Source: a virus
Lineage: Duplodnaviria; Heunggongvirae; Uroviricota; Caudoviricetes
DNA: 7,571 nucleotides
Virus record (IMG/VR): IMGVR_UViG_2529293138_000004
Coordinates: 1-7,571 of that record
Direction: 5' to 3' (one strand)
Numbering within the stretch: the stretch's first letter is position 1; each line of letters begins with the position of its first letter. Both the position numbers and the translations under genes were made by a program. The notes under the pieces were generated by a model. That model was given only the letters and a program-made list of their open reading frames with translations, searched no databases and was not told the DNA's origin. Below, piece after piece: positions 6,431 to 7,571 of the stretch.

Positions 6431-6933
6431 CAGCACAGATAGCGGCTTACGGACGGCTGGTGGCTGACCCGCAGTTAAAGACCACCAGCAAGGGTACACA
6501 AATGACGATGGCGAGTATGGCGGTCCCCCTTCCGTGCAGCCAGGCAGATGACGGAGCGGCGACGATGTGGTTATCCGTCATGGCGTTTGGCAGACAGGCC
6601 GACGCACTGGCAAAACACCACAAAGGCGAACTGGTGAGCGTGGCGGGTAACATGCAGGTAAGTCAGTGGACAGGCCAGAACGGCGAAACGCGGCAGGGCT
6701 GGCAGGTTATCGCAGACAGCATAATCAGTGCGAGAACGGCGCGACCTGGCGGCAAAAAAGGCCAGCAGGGGCAGGCTACTGATGCACTGAACAGGGCAAA
6801 ACAACAGGCGGGTAACGATGATCCGTACGGGATAACATACCGTTTTAAGCAACGAGTAACAGAAGCCGGAGAAGTCCGGCTTTTTTATGCCCCAAAAAAA
6901 GCCCGGAGGGTCTTATCGGGCTTTTGCATATGA
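6427..6933 (+). CDS. ssb: Single-stranded DNA-binding protein (SSB-like OB fold), 168 aa with atypical C-terminus
   Basis: GGAGAG SD at 6414-6419. The pattern IAAYGRLVADPQLKTT..MWLSVMAFGRQADALAKHHKGELVSVAGNMQVSQWTGQNGETRQGWQVIADSI parallels E. coli SSB ([66 protein letters not shown]). The C-terminal ~25 codons read through two terminator-like hairpins. Confidence 0.8.
   Translation: MTAQIAAYGRLVADPQLKTTSKGTQMTMASMAVPLPCSQADDGAATMWLSVMAFGRQADALAKHHKGELVSVAGNMQVSQWTGQNGETRQGWQVIADSIISARTARPGGKKGQQGQATDALNRAKQQAGNDDPYGITYRFKQRVTEAGEVRLFYAPKKARRVLSGFCI
6865..6886 (+). terminator. Intrinsic terminator (GCCGGA-gaag-TCCGGC followed by T6)
   Basis: Stem 6865-6870 / 6875-6880, loop 6871-6874, T-tract 6881-6886; located inside the 3' end of the SSB ORF as currently delimited. 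Confidence 0.6.
6898..6924. terminator. Second hairpin (AAAGCCCG...CGGGCTTT) flanked by an A-tract and a T-tract; possible bidirectional terminator
   Basis: Stem 6898-6905 / 6917-6924 with an 11-nt loop; A7 upstream would provide a U-tract for minus-strand transcripts. Confidence 0.35.
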
Positions 6934-7003
6934 GGTTTTTTTGGTGCGCTGACACACATGATCGGGATAATAATTTCATAATTTGCAACATAACTCAATA
7001 TTA

Positions 7004-7052
7004 TTGCACAAAATGCAATCATGATTATAATCATGACTGGATGAACATCCAG
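7004..7052 (+). promoter_or_regulatory. Consensus-like sigma70 promoter (TTGCAC-N16-TATAAT) with overlapping palindromic operators
   Basis: -35 at 7004-7009; perfect -10 TATAAT at 7026-7031 sitting at the centre of a perfect 18-bp palindrome TCATGATTATAATCATGA (7019-7036); a second inverted repeat CTGGATG-aa-CATCCAG at 7037-7052 around the expected transcription start. Confidence 0.5.
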
Positions 7053-7087
7053 TTATGATTTTTTAAGTCGAAGAGGAATTTCTTACT

Positions 7088-7270
7088 ATGGCTGAAGAGA
7101 AAAAAGGCGGTGTTTCGGTGTACATAAGCTCCGACATCGTGGAGGCGCTCAAGGAACGCCACCAGCAGAACGTAAAGCAGGCATTGCGGCAGGACTTGAT
7201 CCACTGGCGATGGTTGAGCCGTCAACAGGCTGGCAGGTGCGCGCCTATTTACGTGCGGCGCTGGGCATGA
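7088..7270 (+). CDS. Small protein upstream of the capsid gene (60 aa as an intact ORF; possible frameshifted ~68-aa product ending at 7293)
   Basis: ATG 7088 with GAGG upstream. The N-terminal half uses preferred codons in this frame; from about 7170 the other forward frame (ending TAA 7291-7293, abutting the capsid ATG) uses preferred codons (AGIAAGLDPLAMVEPSTGWQVRAYLRAALGMNQTHGGE), while the original frame turns Arg/Trp-rich. Confidence 0.4.
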   Translation: MAEEKKGGVSVYISSDIVEALKERHQQNVKQALRQDLIHWRWLSRQQAGRCAPIYVRRWA

Positions 7271-7293
7271 ATCAGACTCATGGGGGTGAATAA

Positions 7294-7571
7294 TGGCAGG
7301 CAAAGCAACGGCACTTACCACTAATCAGCTTTTCACGTACATGAATCGCGGGGATATTGCGGAATTTAAATTCAGTCCGCTGTTTACCACGCTGTTTTTC
7401 CCGAACGTGGCGACATTCAGCACCCAAAACATCATGCTGGATACCCTGGACATTGAAGAAGTCACTATGTCGGCGTTTTGTTCGCCTATGGTTGGCAGCC
7501 AGGTACAGCGCGATAAAGGGTACGAAACCAGCACAATCAAACCTGGCTACATGAAGCCAAAGCACGAAATC
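7294..7571 (+). CDS. Major capsid protein, lambda gpE family (N-terminal 92 codons; truncated by window end)
   Basis: ATG 7294 preceded by GGGGG (7282-7286). Translation MAGKATALTTNQLFTYMNRGDIAEFKFSPLFTTLFFPNVATFSTQNIMLDTLDIEEVTMSAFCSPMVGSQVQRDKGYETSTIKPGYMKPKHEI parallels lambda E (..FKFDPLFLRLFF..VNMALYVSPIVSGEVIRSRGGSTSEFTPGYVKPKHEV). Not in the supplied ORF track because it has no stop within the window. Confidence 0.85.

Noticed and set aside
6060-6852. Minus-strand ORFs 6060-6257, 6142-6402, 6245-6499, 6447-6653 and 6571-6852
   Set aside because: They overlap the iteron region and the plus-strand hypothetical and SSB genes, are Cys-rich, and lack ribosome-binding sites.
7031-7565. Minus-strand ORFs 7031-7321, 7278-7565, 7325-7540 and plus-strand 7357-7554
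   Set aside because: Antisense or out of frame relative to the clearly recognisable lambda E-like capsid reading frame starting at 7294.

Overview
The window reads as the integrase-proximal part of an integrated mobile element, most likely from an enterobacterium, with nearly all genes on the + strand. In order: a P4-type tyrosine integrase (1-1230), an AlpA-family regulator (1591-1779), a BRO-N-like ORF with no stop codon of its own (from 1832), a small divergent ribbon-helix-helix gene (complement 2320-2499), and a P1 immI / P4 immunity-like region with a tRNA-like structured RNA candidate and two tandemly duplicated Icd-like small ORFs (3044-3232, 3519-3689). These are followed by three tightly coupled small ORFs of unknown function (3682-4585), a RecA-fold AAA_25/RepA-like replicative ATPase (4582-5979), an iteron array that is probably the origin (5978-6156), a small ORF plus an SSB-like gene (6179-6933) with intrinsic terminators, and a consensus-like promoter embedded in a perfect 18-bp palindrome (7004-7052). 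That promoter precedes a small ORF and the 5' end of a lambda gpE-family major capsid gene (7294-7571, runs off the window and is absent from the supplied ORF track). The most interesting reading is a satellite-like island that combines P4/P1-style RNA immunity, its own replicon and its own capsid gene; a compact full prophage cannot be excluded from this window alone. All calls rest on reading the sequence and recalled family signatures; no database search was run.
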